A stretch of 64,000 bases of DNA from NCBI GenBank assembly GCA_965178125.1, contig OZ237750.1, positions 1 to 64,000 of the forward strand, written 5' to 3'. Shown here one piece after another: positions 11,501 through 24,851 of the stretch (the stretch's first letter is position 1; each line of letters begins with the position of its first letter). The notes under the pieces are model-generated. The model saw only the letters and a program-made list of their open reading frames with translations. It searched no databases and was not told where the DNA came from. This DNA comes from Bilabrum cf. latius. Its lineage: Eukaryota. Made by a program: the position numbers and the translations under genes.

Positions 11501-13219
11501 ATCTGAGGCGCGGTGAGCAGGAGAAGAATCAATACGAGACGACGCCGACAGAAGCATGTGGGTCTTCTCGTGCAACACTGCCGCAACCGCGCTGTCTACT
11601 GCGTTCCACATGGTCACTCTTCTTATTGATGCGGCCGCTCCAGCCAGCAGTCGTGCCACTCGAGCAAGCACTTCATCACCAGCCCCACTTCTAGCGCACT
11701 CTGCTGCAAGTTCAAGTAGAGCATTTGACCATTTCAACACAATCGTCGCAGCTTGGGCAGATACAAGCAGCGCACCTGCGGAGGCCGCATGGGCATCCAA
11801 GTCATCTGGGCTTTTGGCAGCCGCAGCTGCCGCCGACGATTTTGCGCTTGCTATGACTCCATCGTATAGCTTTGCAGCTGCAGGTCTCATAAGAAGCCCA
11901 GGAGAGAATGGGGGACAGCAAGAGCACGGCAAGTCGATCTGCAACTGGGTTTCACTGCGTCGTCGTGTGAGCGCGAACGACGCGCTTTCTAGCCCCCCGA
12001 TTGATTCTCGCAGCAGCGGTTCCACGACTTCTAGGCACCTTCCACATATTGATAGCAAATCTCCGTCCGAGGCGATGCCGTGGTACACGCTTTCTATTTC
12101 GACTAACACGACTTGCCCAATCGCAGAGGCCGCATGGAGCGGTGAGCCATCAGCTTGAAACTCTTTCGAGACAGATGCAAGCAAAGACCGTCGTTCCTCG
12201 TGCTCTGAAGTAATCTAACACAAATGCGCCAGCCACATCGCCTCCATCTGCCTGGAGTCATGGCTGTACAGAGCTGGCTCCGGTATGATTTCGGCCCCGG
12301 GTTGACCGTTGCTGAGTCCCAGCAGCGAACTGGGAAGACCTACAACTCTGCTTGCACGCTTTGAAGGCGATACAGGCCCACTGCTAGCAGAAAAAAACGA
12401 CTTGAAGGTGTTGCTGAGCCCTTTCCTCTCCTTGTCGACACGCGCGCGAGCCTGCGCCACCCTGGCAATCAGGGCGTCAGCGAACGGCCCCTTCACTATG
12501 CCAGCGGCAGCCGCCCGGAGACCTGCGATGTCGTCAGCATGGAACAGAGATCCCCGTGTAACCATACTGGGGGTAGAGCCTCGATGAAGCATTTGTCGAT
12601 AGTAGCGATTCCCGAACTCGCTGCGTCGGAACGGCTGAGTGGGCTTGCGTGGATCGCCCTCGACGTCAATTAACAGGGGGGCCTGCAAGTGAGGCGTCCA
12701 CGCATCAACCGGGGGCTCTTCGCTTTCACCACGAGCAGTAGCTGCTTCTCCGCCGCGGGCTTCGGATTCATGCCCGTCTCCATCCCTCGCCTTGCCCAAC
12801 TCGACATAGAAACACCGACCAGGCCCGAATGTGTCCCGCACGCCTTTCATGATGCGCTCAGGGTCAATTCGCTCCGAAGAACCACCAGAGCATTGCACAG
12901 CCTCGTGTACCAACAAAAACGCCCACGGAAACCTAGTTGGGGTTGACCCAGACCGAAACTCCGATGGAAGCGAGGCTGCATCGCTCAGGGCAGATAGGGA
13001 CACTGCGGGGTTTGCTGCTCGAGTCGAGACGATCGCAATTCCAAGAATGGGCCATGATTGCACGTTACTTCTCAATCGGCGAAACGCACGATCCAAAGTG
13101 CGTTGGATTGAGGTTGCGTGGGGACTGCTTGCTCCAGCGACACTTGCACCGGGTTCAGCAGCTGTCGTCCTAGCGTGCTGCAAAAGAAATAGCCAAAATT
13201 CCAAGCAGATGCTCTCCAT
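8507..13219 (-). CDS. TRAPPC8: TRAPP III subunit Trs85/TRAPPC8-like, about 1570 aa with TAG=Gln; 5' end uncertain
   Basis: One frame from 13219 to TGA 8507-8509, interrupted only by TAG. Motifs RKGLSNTFKSFF, LYSHDSRQMEAMWLAHLC, SKEFQAD...LHAASA and LELTV(Q)NPYVFPIVLSDV resemble Trs85. An in-frame TAA lies just upstream of 13219, so any extra N-terminus would need upstream exons. Confidence 0.75.
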
Positions 13220-14030
13220 ATTTCCATTGAGTTATTCGCTTTGCATGGAGGTGCGAGCACGTCCTTACCTACAAAACATCATGCGGATGGGGTTGTCCGT
13301 AGTCGTACGCTGGTATCAGCATAGGCGATAGTCTAGGCATCCGAGCTTCGCCCTCTCGAGTCGCAACATTCTTCCGAGTATTAACTTGTTGCATGAACGG
13401 CCTGCACAGAACACTGGTAACGACAAACTGCCAAGTGACGTGCCACATTTGCGTGAGAGAGAAGGAAGTCAGAATGGCTCTGCAACTTACTGAAGTGCCT
13501 CCGCCGCATGAAGACCATACTTGCGAAATAGTTCCTATGCATCATCACTTGCTTGCACTAAGGCACAAAGGGAGTCCATGGTGTACCTTGGTGATACAGA
13601 GTTTACTGGGATCTGTAAATATCAGATTGTTCCAGTATCTTGACGCTACAAACATGCAAGCAAACCGAATAAAGGGGACTCGGCGGTGTAGGCTGAGATT
13701 GGGGGGCCTTTGGCCTGAAAGGGTCGGGGGTCTTGTAGTCCTTGTTTGAGGACTCCTCTGGATTCAGGTGATCACTCGAACTCCTTCGGGGGCAACGGTG
13801 CATCTGGGTGCTTGTGGAATCTTTACCCAACAATGTATTTCTGTATTTCTGTATTTAACCGACACATTCCTGGTATCTGGTCAGCCAAGGAGACGCAGGC
13901 TCATATTGTGTCTGGGAATTCCTTAGCATATATCCATTGGCGACGTACGGCATTTTCGTCCTTAATTCGTACTTATCAAAGACTATTATTGGATTCAGAG
14001 CAACTTGCAGTACTTTTTCCTCGACTAGGT

Positions 14031-17000
14031 ATGCAAGGCGAAGATGGCGCTTCGATGAGCGGTTCGGAAGGCTATCCGCAAACCTTGGCGGAGCAACTGA
14101 GACGGGCAGTCGATGATTCGGTGGGAGTTGCTGCCGTTGGTCGGAGCTCACCGCTGTCACCGCCTCAAGGGGCAACTGCTGGTGAGGCAGCGCTTGCAGA
14201 CCTAATTGAAGAAATGATGGACAAATCACTGGCCTAGGATGCATCACTGGACCGTCTGGCTTCAATTCCACGGGTGTTTCTGTATTACTCGTCGAGATTA
14301 ACGAATGCACACGGGGCTTCTACGCGATTGTCGCTGCAGGGCTGGAAGATGCTTCTGTCAGATTGTGGACATTTGCGATCTTAGTCGGAGCAGCAAGTTG
14401 CAGACATGACACATGTCCGTGCTGTCGCGGCTTAGGCGAGGGAAGGCTTGCACGGAGCTGCAAGTGGACAGTTGGGTCAATCAGGTTTCGTGTTGGCGCT
14501 GGCCATGATCACTGTCAGCCGGTTGCCTCCTGTTCTGCGCAAACAACTAACGAGTGCCGCATCATCGTCTTCAGCATCGAGCGATTCTGGCGGCGGACCT
14601 GCTAGGGGCACACTTCTGGAGGCGGCGGCGAGGCTGAATGCGATGCTTGCAGACGCCAAGGAGCAGCAGGATGCTGTTGATGCCTCTCCTCTCCTGGATC
14701 CAGCTGCAGTCCGCGTGATAGGCGCGCACGAAAAAGACTTAGCCCGTCTGTTCTACCACCGAGCCATTCTCATGGGCTCCATCGGCTTAACCCTTGACGG
14801 GGCTGTGGCAGTGGCGAAGGACTGCGAGCTGTTTCCCCGCCTGTTATCCAAGGAGTCCGTGCAGAGGGAATTTGAAGCAGTGGCTAGCGGCGGCAAGTCC
14901 TTGGGATACTCCGATTTCGTGGAGCTGTTCGGGCGGCTGGCGTTGGTGGCCTATTCTGGTTCTGAATTTGCGGACGCCCTGCCGGACGCAGCCAGCAAAG
15001 TGAACGCGGCCCTCACTGCATTCGAAGGGAGCGAGGCGCTGGACTCGTTCCACAGGGAGGAGCGGGAGAGGGGGGTTGACGTTCTTGCGGCTGTCCGTGC
15101 TGCAGATTCTCGGGCTAGCTCACCGAGTGCCAGGTCTCGCGGCAGTCCTCAGGATGCAGCCGCCCTATCCCTCAGGTCGTCGAGGGCGAGCAGTCCAGGG
15201 GATCGAGCCGGGGATCGCTATTCGGGAGAAGGCCCACCAAGAGCTGGATCAGCAGCGGAATCGAAGCAGAAGCGGAGTCGCCGTGCGGCTCGACGACGCG
15301 CTAGCGTGACCATGCATGCATTGGAGGTGCAGGCTCGTCATGATGCTGCCACTGGCTATGCTGGCGAGTCAGACGGGAATCTACATGTGGACCACGGCCA
15401 CAGCGGTGGTGCAGCCGATTTGAGCTTGTCTGCTGGCATGCTTCCAAAGTCCTAGCCAGGCTCTGAGACGAGCTCGGTGCTATCCCGTGCATCTCGCCCT
15501 GTGTCAGGACCAGGCGATCTGCAGCCTACCGCACCTCAGTACGAGTTTGCCCGTGTCGGAGAGGACAAGCACCGTGCTGGGCAAGCAAGTGATGCGCAAG
15601 ACAGCTCACTGACCTCGAGTACGTCTGCCAGTCCACTCAGAGCCTCGCTGGAGGCAGAACGCATGCAGCTTGCCAGGGATCTCGATGCCAGGGCGAATCC
15701 TCCAGGTCCTGGACCGCAGCTGGAGCAGCCGTTCGACTATCCTCCAAGCAGCCACGAGCATGCCGGTGTTGCTCCGGTGGACCGATCAGTTGGGGCTAGC
15801 GTTGGCATGTTAAAGAGGAGTGGGGTTGCAGAGTCTCTATCTCTCGCAGCGCCAGGGTCATCGGTCTCCGTGGATGGGTCGCAGGCGCGCGGCCCATTAG
15901 GCTCGATGCGCAGCCCGCCCCGGTCTCCGCGCCATTCCAAAGGAGAATCCGGCAGGAGCAGCCGGCCTCAGCACTCAAGCCGCGTCGATGACTAGCTTGT
16001 CGCAGGAGTCACTTAGTAGCTGCAAGCTGTAGCACACAGGGCCCACGATGCCTTCTTCTTCTACTGTCGCATCGATGATCCAGCCAATCGAGGCGAAATG
16101 AGCCCGCGGAACTTTGTGCGGCTGTTGCGCGACGCCGGTTTTTTCGATTCATCCACGGGACTGACTGTGCACGAGGTGCAACTGCAGCTGGTAATTATGG
16201 CACGCAACAGATCACACCATAAGGATGAGCGGGAGTGGGCCCGGGATGACAAGTTGGATGCATCTGATGCAGCCGATACAAGAACAGCGCGATCTAGCCG
16301 CGTGGGAGCCGGGCAGGGCCAGCCCTCCAAGCAATACAGCTCTCGCGGCTCTATTCGGTCCGGAACGGTCGGATCAAGGCGGGGGTCCGTTTCCAGGGCA
16401 TCGTCCGTTGGGAGCGGAAAGCGCGGCCGACGTGGCAGCATTATTGGTGGCGCCGCATCGCAGCTCGCCAGCGAAGCAGTGCTTGACTGCGACGGATTCG
16501 TCGAGGCCGTAGTTCGTTGCTGCGAGCTGCGCCGCTAGCATACAGCGAAGCGAAACAGGCGGCAGCAGGTGTCAAGCAGCTTGTCCCAGCCACAAGCTGC
16601 CTTTGATTTTTCTCGCCAGCTCTTGCTTGAAGACATAGCACCGCTCGGAGAGGTTGCCTCAGGCTATGAGCAGATGCTATAGCGAGTAGAAAGTGCGGCA
16701 GTCGTTCAGAACATGCGTCGAAGCCGGAAGCTGCTTTCCAGGCTTTTTACATATTTTTGCGACGCGCGCAAAGGTGACGACACGAGCCAGGTGCTTCGGC
16801 TGCCTTAGCTGGTGAAGCTGTGCATAGATTGCGAGATATCCCCGCGCCTTATTAGCCGTTCTGAGATCGAAGCAGTGTTCTACCACGTTGCGAGGAGGCA
16901 CGGTACAGACGCAACCACTGGAGGGGGTCCGCTGCGTGGCGTGACCGGAACTTCCGTGGGGGGCTATCGACGCGCCTCGATCACACAAGCAGAGCGGCAA

Positions 17001-19583
17001 CAGGAGACAGGTGAGGAAGGCACTGGAGAGCGAGGCATGGATGCAAGCTATGTCACGTTTCCTGCCTTTGTGGAGTGCCTCGGTGTGTTCGCACTGCAAG
17101 GATTGGCGCAACCTTTCATGCATCGCATGTACCCTAGACCAGAGAACAAGGTGGAGGGGATGATCCTGTGGATTCGAAGCAGCGATGTGCTGCGCAAGAT
17201 CTAGTCCGAAGACCATTAGAGGGGCTACGGCCGAAAGTCAGGGCGAAAACTGTCCAAGCGAGCTGCTGCTGGCGAGATAGTTCCAGCAGACATCGACACT
17301 TACTCGAAATTAGTCGCTCAGATACGACCGGAATTGCGACCAAGTGCGGGTGGATCGAATGGCGGTCGCGTGCGTCGAAGCTCAGTGTTTGCAGGGCTTA
17401 TGGCATCCAAGGAGGAGCAAGGCCTGCTCCTCGAGCGAGCCAAGGACGAGTACGCCGAGCGAGGTGGAATTGGCCTGGATCGGGTAGCCGATGGCTCTGC
17501 AGAGGATATTGGTCATGTCGACTAGTCGACGGCCAGATCTTTCCGGTTTGGTGAGGGACAAAACTCTGTCGATGAGGGGCCGCAAGACGTCCATAGCAAT
17601 GCGATCTCGGGTGTTCCAGATGGCAGAGGCACAACTGGGAGTAGCAGCAGACCGCCACCACCGCCGCCCCCACGTCGGGATGGAGGCGCCGAGCAGCCTG
17701 CCTCTGAAGGATGCAGCGCTGCTGCTACCAGCGAGGATGTCCAGCTGGACCACCAGGCTGCCGCAGCACCGTTGGACCGAGATACTGCCCCAGCTGTTGC
17801 AGTAGCGCTCCGTATTCTTGCTGCAGCGCTTAACGCGTCATCAAACAGCTAGATTGTGGCATCAGATGACAATGAAGTGCGAAATGTGATCCAGCCGGCT
17901 CGCAAAGATATCGAGTCGGCAATTAGAGCGGTGTCTGCGGCGAGCACGGATCCGGATCATGGGCTTCCGCAAGATGTAGCAGAAATTGCAGCTTCAGCCG
18001 CGAGTGCGGTTGCACAGGATAGGGGTGTATCTGGTGGTGCTATCAGTGACCCCTCCAGTCGAGATGGGGAAGGGTCTGTTTCTGCTGAGAAGTTGCTGCG
18101 CATCGCAAAGGCACTCGAGACTGTGGCCTAGGGCCCAACCCCGCACGTATCGCCTAGCCGCAATCACTAGGCGAATCAGGGTGATGATTTAGTAGAGGCG
18201 ATCGGCCAGTTTGAGGAAAGCAAGCGAAGCACTGGATATACTTCGGCACACCGGGGTCTCGCTCCCGCCCCGCAGCACATTAGCGCACGGGCTGTACACC
18301 AGCAAGGCGGGTCTATGTTAGTGTCGCCATCCAGAACTCCAGGCCAGATATCTGGCTTCTAGCGTTCCTATGCGTCTCCATAGAGGCAGCATCCAGGCAA
18401 TCAGGGCAGTTCGCGGTCAGATACCGGTGAGCGAAACATGCAGAGTGGACTGCGTTCAAGCAGATCTAGCAAGAGGGGTCCTTCCATGCAGTCAAAAGGG
18501 TAGGCGTCTGTCCCGGTGGAAGCCCCCAGCGGGCACAATGGATTGCTCGAATGGTTGCAATCCGCCCCGCTGGCTCGTGACGAAGACGAGAAGTCAAGAA
18601 GGCTGCAGCTGATTCGGAGTGTGAGAGAGAATGCCATGCGGGCCTCACAGGAAGTCGCCTTCAAGGAGAACCTTGGGCATACGGGGGCAGCCTGGGCGGG
18701 CGGGCTTCGTCGAGGTTTGCCGACAACCCCATCCAGCCGGCGCAAGCATACCGCAGGGACACCCGCGAGCGCCCACGTGGTTGCTCACCCGTACGAGCCT
18801 GTCGGGAGCCGGAGCCATGTCGTGGGCGCGTCGACTGCAAGCGGCGGGGCCGGAGGAGCCGTACTGGATTTCAGGGGCGTTGTGGAGCATGTGCACAGGG
18901 CGGAGCGAGGCCGCGCCTGGAAACAAACGCAGGACTGGATCCGCACTCAACGCGTGGACTTGTCTGGTGCATCTGGCTTCAGCGGGCGCAGGACCACACC
19001 TCGAGGGCCGCGCCTCGTGACAGACTCTCTGGCCCTCTCCCGGTCCGGCAAGAAAGAGCTGAAGGCGTCCAAGGCTTGGGGGCGCAAGGACGATGACAAC
19101 GGCGATGACGATTGGATTGCAGCGCAGTCCCGCCTCGAGATTGCCAGGGAGGCCGAGCTGGCGGCGTCTAAGCGATCCACTGGGATGACGCCCGTGCCTC
19201 CTCCGCTCTGGGCGTCCGCTCACGGATCTGGCGCGCACGTGCCGCCTGTTCGGCTGGAAGACACTTTGCGATCGTAGACATCGCGCAGCCTCGGGAAGCC
19301 CGCACTGGGAGGCACCACGAGGAGTACCACCAAGCCGAGGTCCTTCGCCCTTCGTGCGCTGGCCCGTGCGAAGGAGCGGGATGGCATCCTTTTCTCGTCC
19401 GTTGCCAGTCAGCAAGAGTAGCATCAGGACGCTCCCACCGCGAGCGGGAGGACTCCGAGCGCTGGCGGCCGTCCTGGTGCTGGTGTGGCCGAGGCTGCTC
19501 AGGGAGAGGTGAAAGTGGGCCTACCGGAGCAGACCCCCGAGGCAGATAATCTAGGCATGTCGTCGGCTTTTGAGTTGGAATAA
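14031..19583 (+). CDS. Large (about 1850 aa) protein with repeated EF-hand/p25-alpha-like modules and low-complexity linkers
   Basis: Track ORFs at 14448, 15477, 16098, 16812, 17334, 17856 and 18516 share one frame joined by TAG only, ending TAA 19581-19583. A recurrent module reads F.YY/F...L.DC.(L/I).P.L.S...F...F.E.L..LAL. Product assignment is weak. Confidence 0.7.
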
Positions 19584-19884
19584 TTGTGAGCGTCTATTTT
19601 TCCATGCGTTTTCCTTATCTCTGCCCAAACCAGCTAAGCACTGGCCGTTGTGGATGTACGCTAACTTGTGGCAGTCGTGTGGTATTGCATCATGATCAGA
19701 CACCCACCAGGTTGGCACACATGTGCAACCTAAACCTGATAGACAAAATTCATCTACACATCAAAACAAACAAACAAATAACCTGGCAAACAAAATGAAA
19801 CAAAACCAAACTGGGACTCGGAGTGCGTCGGTCGCCGACGGCGTCTGTGGACCACACTGGCAGCCACAGTGTTCATCGGTGATA

Positions 19885-21998
19885 ATGGCTCCGGCGACGA
19901 AACGTTCTGCTGTATCGTTTTCAGATATGCTGGGCTCGACATGGCCTCCGTGGCTGCTCGCAGAATACTGTGCATACCTCGGGCTATTTGGATACTTGAT
20001 ATACACTGTACGTACGAGTCGGCGACTATCTGTCACGCAGCAATCGCAATTCACCGCAGGATTGTTATCAGTGTTTATCTTGTATCGCAGGAGCTGCTTC
20101 CTTGGCTAACGGAGACCGCCCCCAATGCTTGCCGTGGGAGCGAGAGATGTGCACGCGATATGAACTCTGATATTGCTTGGTTCCCAGGAGGATCAGTAGA
20201 TGTGTCAGACGATCAAATGCGACGGTTTAGACAGGGTTTCTTGTTGTTGGGAACCTTTGCGGTGGTGCATGCTGCAGTCTCACAGGGCCTCAGGGTGTGC
20301 ACGTTCTCTTTCGGTTTCCCCAGACTGCAGCTCCTCGGACACGCCGCAATCGGGTTAGTTTTCATATTTTATCTCCACGGCTGGCAGGCTGTCATTCCTG
20401 TCAGCGCGGCTTTCTTCTGCTGGTGCTTATCCGTTGTTGCATTTCTGTCGCCACCATCAGTACGATCTATTGGACTGCCAGCCGCCGTTTGGCTCGGAAC
20501 CATAGGGCTTCGTATTGTTGCTGAAGTGATCAGAGATAGGATTTCACTCGAATGGGTTTCATCGGGAGTGTGTGCCAATCTACTGGGCGCTCCGTGCCTC
20601 GAAGCAGTCCATTCGCTGACTTAGTACTCGGGCATGGTTGGCTGGCACACCACGTTCCCGTTGCTGATGCTCAGATGCATTTCATTCGTCTGCGATGCGG
20701 CATGGGCGCAGGGCGAAGAGCGCGGCGCTTCATCGTCTGGCAAGCGCAGTGCTGAGTAGGTCGGCCCTGCAAGTCTTCAGGTATCCGGTGGATCTAGCAG
20801 CGGAATGAGCAGTGCTGCGAGGAGCAGAAACACTGCCAGTGCTAGTTTATCAGAGTCGTAGCCAACTTTGGTGAAGCCGAGGTCCCGTCCGAGGTCAGCA
20901 TCAGTTGTACTTGCGTCCACACCGCTTCCAGAGGCGGCCTACATGCAGCCGGAGGCGGTGCTCGCCTACCTGTTTTTCCCGCCGCTGTACCTTTCGGGGC
21001 CCACGATAACATTCAATTCGTTCATGTCTCAGATGAGGACTAGCCAGCCGATGAAGGGCACATCTTATGTTGTGCTGTACGCCATCCGCTTCCTGTTCTG
21101 TGGCTTGTTGCTTGAGCTGATCCTCGAGTTTGTGCCGGTGTTCGGGCTCATTAACCACAAGCCGTTTCAGTCACTGGATGCCACTGCATTTGCAGGGATC
21201 GGGCTTGTATCGCTCTTTGTCCTGTGGCTCAAGTTTCTTGTGATTTGGAGATTCGCGCGCCTATGGTCGCTGTTTGCTGGGCTGAACCCGCCCGAGAATA
21301 TGAAGCGCTGCGTGTACAACAATTACAGCGTCCAGGGCTTCTGGAGAGGGTGGCACTGTTCCTACAACAGGTGGGTGCTGAGGTACGTATACTTTCCCTT
21401 GGGAGGCGGGCGGCAAGGGCTTCTCCGCAGGCTGGTCAACATCGCGATCGTGTTTACGTTTGTGGCGCTCTGGCACGATATGAACCCAAAGTTATTGACA
21501 TGGGGATGGCTGATAGCCGTGGCCTTCGCTCCTGAGCTCGTATGTGCGTGGTACACCGCCCGGCCCGAGTCGAGCTGGTTGACGCGATCTCGTTGGTTCC
21601 GATGGGTAGGCGGGGCCGCTGCTACGCTGCAAGTGCTAGGGCTGATCATCGCAAACGTCATTGGGTTTGCTGTCGGACCGAAGGGTACCATGGCTCTGAT
21701 CCATGGCATGACTGGGCATGGAGGCCATCAGTCTCGCAGGCATGGGTCGGGAGGCAGGCCCCCAGCCGACCCACTTTGGGTGATTGTGGGTGCATTTGCT
21801 GTCTTATTTGCTGGGGTACAGTGGATGTTCTTGGTTCGCGCCCTGGAAGAAGGCTGGAGGCCATGGGGGAGTTCTAGTGGCGTGAGACCGAAGCAAGACA
21901 CTCGTGAGGTCGCCAACTAGGCCGTATCCGCAGCACGCCGCGAGGGCGGCCCGAGGGAACGGAGGGAGGGAGCGCAGCAGCGGCATGGCGCCGATTGA
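19885..21998 (+). CDS. GUP1: MBOAT O-acyltransferase, GUP1/HHAT family
   Basis: Predicted intron 20008-20090 (GTACGT..CAG). Motifs PPENMKRC, FWRGWHCSYNRWVLRYVYFPLGG and FVALWHD. Four in-frame TAG; ends TGA. Confidence 0.88.
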
Positions 21999-22187
21999 TT
22001 GATCCTTTATTGCGGCGACGCCACTGAGCGGTACACATTACAAGGGTAGCTGTTTGTTCGATTCTGCCTCATCCTATCATTAACTGCAATTGCACCCGGC
22101 CCCAGCACAAGACCCTTGGCGCGCAGTGCAGCATCGCCCACGAACAACTAGCCCCACACAGGTGAGTGAAACCCCACGCACCGCCCT

Positions 22188-23003
22188 TCAAATCTCGTCG
22201 TCCGGGTTTTTGTATGCTACTGCAGCATCCACCTTGTGGACGGTCGTAGTGAATGACCGCAGCATGACTTCGCTTGCTTTCTGTATGTACTTGGGGTCAG
22301 AGTCCTCCCACGTGGTCGGAACGCTTGCATCCTTATCCGTGTAGACAAGCAAGTCGAAGGCGCATGGCTCCTCGAGCATCGGCAAGAAGGTAACACTTGC
22401 GGTGATCTGCCGAATGATGGCCTGAATCTCCTTCTAGATTTCCTTAGGGTCCTTGCCCTTGGAGGACGCCCCCGTGGGACCTTTTGACACAACCGCTGCA
22501 TCAGTCTGCACATTGAATACCCATCGCTCCAATGTCTCCCCGGATTCCACACCAGACACCGCCACCACAAACTTTTGCACTTGCCCGTGCGTGAGCCATG
22601 CTGCAGGAATTGAGTCAGTGAGCGTTCTGCTACCACAGTATGCGGTCATGGTAGTCGTTCTATGCGATCTCATAGCTATTCACGAATGCTTACCGCTAAT
22701 TTGCTTCAGAACCTGGGACAGGTACGCCTTCAACCCGTCGTCTGTGGAGACTTGCATTGGCAAGCCATACTTCATGGCAGTCGAAAACGAGTCCGGCGGG
22801 TATATTCCACGCTAATATAGAATAGAATTTATGGCGAAGCCAAAAAACTCCGTCACGGTTTCAACGCTGCCTTTCAAAGTCACTTCATTGCTTGTTGCTG
22901 TCTCAACAGATGCCTGTGGAGTGGGAGAGGTACGGAGAGCACCAAATCATGGATTCACGACTATCAAAAATAGATAAATTGTTTCAACAGAGAATCTAAC
23001 CAT
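22188..23003 (-). CDS. MAD2: Spindle checkpoint HORMA protein MAD2
   Basis: VTLKGS..VTEFFGFAINSILY(TAG)RGIYP, LERWVFNV, KEI(TAG)KEIQAIIRQITASVTFLP, LRSFTTTVHKVD. Introns 22601-22693 and probably 22914-23000 (ATG-only first exon, inferred). Ends TGA. Confidence 0.95.
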
Positions 23004-23165
23004 CTGGTGGGCAATTAGGTTGCTTTGAGGGACGAACGGATGCGAAGGAGACGAGAAACCGGAACACCATGACCGTCTGGGTGCACCGCTTCGGAATCCG
23101 TTAAGCCAAGCAAAGCTGCCCTGTACAGGGCGCCCCCAAAGGCTAGCTCTAGTCAAACCTCAGAG

Positions 23166-23564
23166 ATGGTAGAGTTCCGAAAAGTGGAGGAGTCAGCGTT
23201 GGTTAAGGCATGTGACATGACCTCGGAGACGCAACTGGAGGTGATTGATATTGTTACCGCAGCGGTTGAAAAATAGCTCACAACAGAGAACTTCGAAGTA
23301 AGCATTGCGTATCCAGATCCTAGCTTATTTGCATATTATTTAGTTCCAATTCGTGGCGCAAGACACTATTGATTGCTCATGATTATTGCTTTTTTCCTGC
23401 AGAAAGCGTCCCAGTCTATCAAGGAGACAATGGACAAGAAGTTTGGCGGGACGTGGCATTGTTGCATTGGGGAAGGCTTTGGTTTTGAGGTGGAGCACGA
23501 AACAAGATCGTTGCTCTATCTGCAGTACCAGAAAAAGCTTGGGATACTTGTCTACAAAAACTGA
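23166..23564 (+). CDS. DNAL4: Dynein light chain 4, axonemal (LC8 family), 97 aa
   Basis: Exons 23166-23297 and 23403-23564 (intron GTAAGC..TGCAG). Motif IKETMDKKFGGTWHCCIGEGFGFEV. In-frame TAG at 23274; ends TGA. Confidence 0.9.
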
Positions 23565-23615
23565 TTGAAGCCGAGCATTCCCAGGCATGAGACTTTATTG
23601 AACCCATGTAACAAA

Positions 23616-24692
23616 TCACCCCACCCTTCGCCGCTTGTTTCGGTTCGAGCCCTTGCCTCGAATGGGCGGCCCAATCCCATCGCCGGACTTATTAGCAGCT
23701 GGTGCCGACGCGGCTCGGTCCTGTTTGGCATGCATGCTCTTGAGCACGCCGAGCGCGCGGTCCTTGTCACTCGTGGTGCTTTCGTTCGGCAGCCTACCAG
23801 TAGTCGCCTGCGACCTGCGCGGCTTTGCCTTCGGTGCCCCCTTGATGGCCCGGTCGAACCGTCCCATGGAAGCCGTCGACGCAGCCGCGGCCCGCAGGCG
23901 GTCTCGCTTCACCTGCACGCCCTCCCCGGCGGGCCGAGCTCGGGGGCCTCTCCCCTGCCCAGTGAGTCCAGCCACGTGGCCCTCAGCCACTGATAGCTGC
24001 GCAGGAATCCCAACGGGGAGCGCAGCAGTCCCGGCCATGGGCTTGCTGGAGGACGCGGACTGCACCACGGCCCTGATGCCCTTCGTCTCCTGAGCCCGAG
24101 CTTGCTTGCGGGCATTTCCGAGGCGCCTTTCTTCATTCTGCAGCACCTTAAGCTTCCGATCCCTAGTGCGGTCATCGAATGGGTCGGATCCTGGTGCTTG
24201 GTCTGCAGAGTCTTCAATGAGCCAATCTTTGGCAAGCTTGTTGGCCTTGGAGCCATAGCCGTGCCTCGGTACCCACGCCTGCGACGACTCGTCCCATACC
24301 ATTCGGGAGCGTTTTCTCTTAACAATTCCCTTTTCACGCGCATATTTTTCCCATCGCGTCTCTTCTTTCTTGGCAGGACAACGCCGATATCTTGGCAGAG
24401 ACATATTCGGTGCTGGCAAGCTGGCTACAACACCGGCCTCAGTGCTCTCTGTTTGCAGCTGGAAAAGCTAGGAAACCAGGCCTTGTGCAGCCAGCTGCGT
24501 ACTTTTCATGATATGCTCTTCTCGCCTTGCCAAGAACTCGAGTTCTTCTTTCGGTATTTCCTTGCTTTGTGACGAGACCAACTGCAACCCGATTGGCTTC
24601 ACAAAGACAGATGCATCAATCAAGGATGGCCTTTCTGCCACAAGCAGGCCCACATCATAGTCTAAATCACCACTTTCGGCAGCAGACGACAT
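23616..24692 (-). CDS. RRS1: Ribosome biogenesis regulator RRS1
   Basis: YDVGLL, AQGLVS(TAG)LFQL, LPAP..SLPR, TRWEKYAREKGI.KRKRSRMVWDE...WVPRHGY, STASMGRFD. Ends TGA. Confidence 0.93.
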
Positions 24693-24851
24693 GGGTTTCA
24701 GGCGACTTGCGGAGTATTCTCCGTGTTATCGACCATTTGTGCCTCGACGTTGCAAGTGCACTGCCCTGCAGTGCTTGCACTCCACTGGTGCCACTTATTT
24801 GGTTCATCTTCTGGCTGAGCAGCCAACACTGCACTTGCTTTAAGGGGCTTC

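Noticed and set aside
8126-13219. Telomere-associated retrotransposon or helicase ORF
   Set aside because: No RT, endonuclease or helicase motifs; the frame matches Trs85/TRAPPC8.
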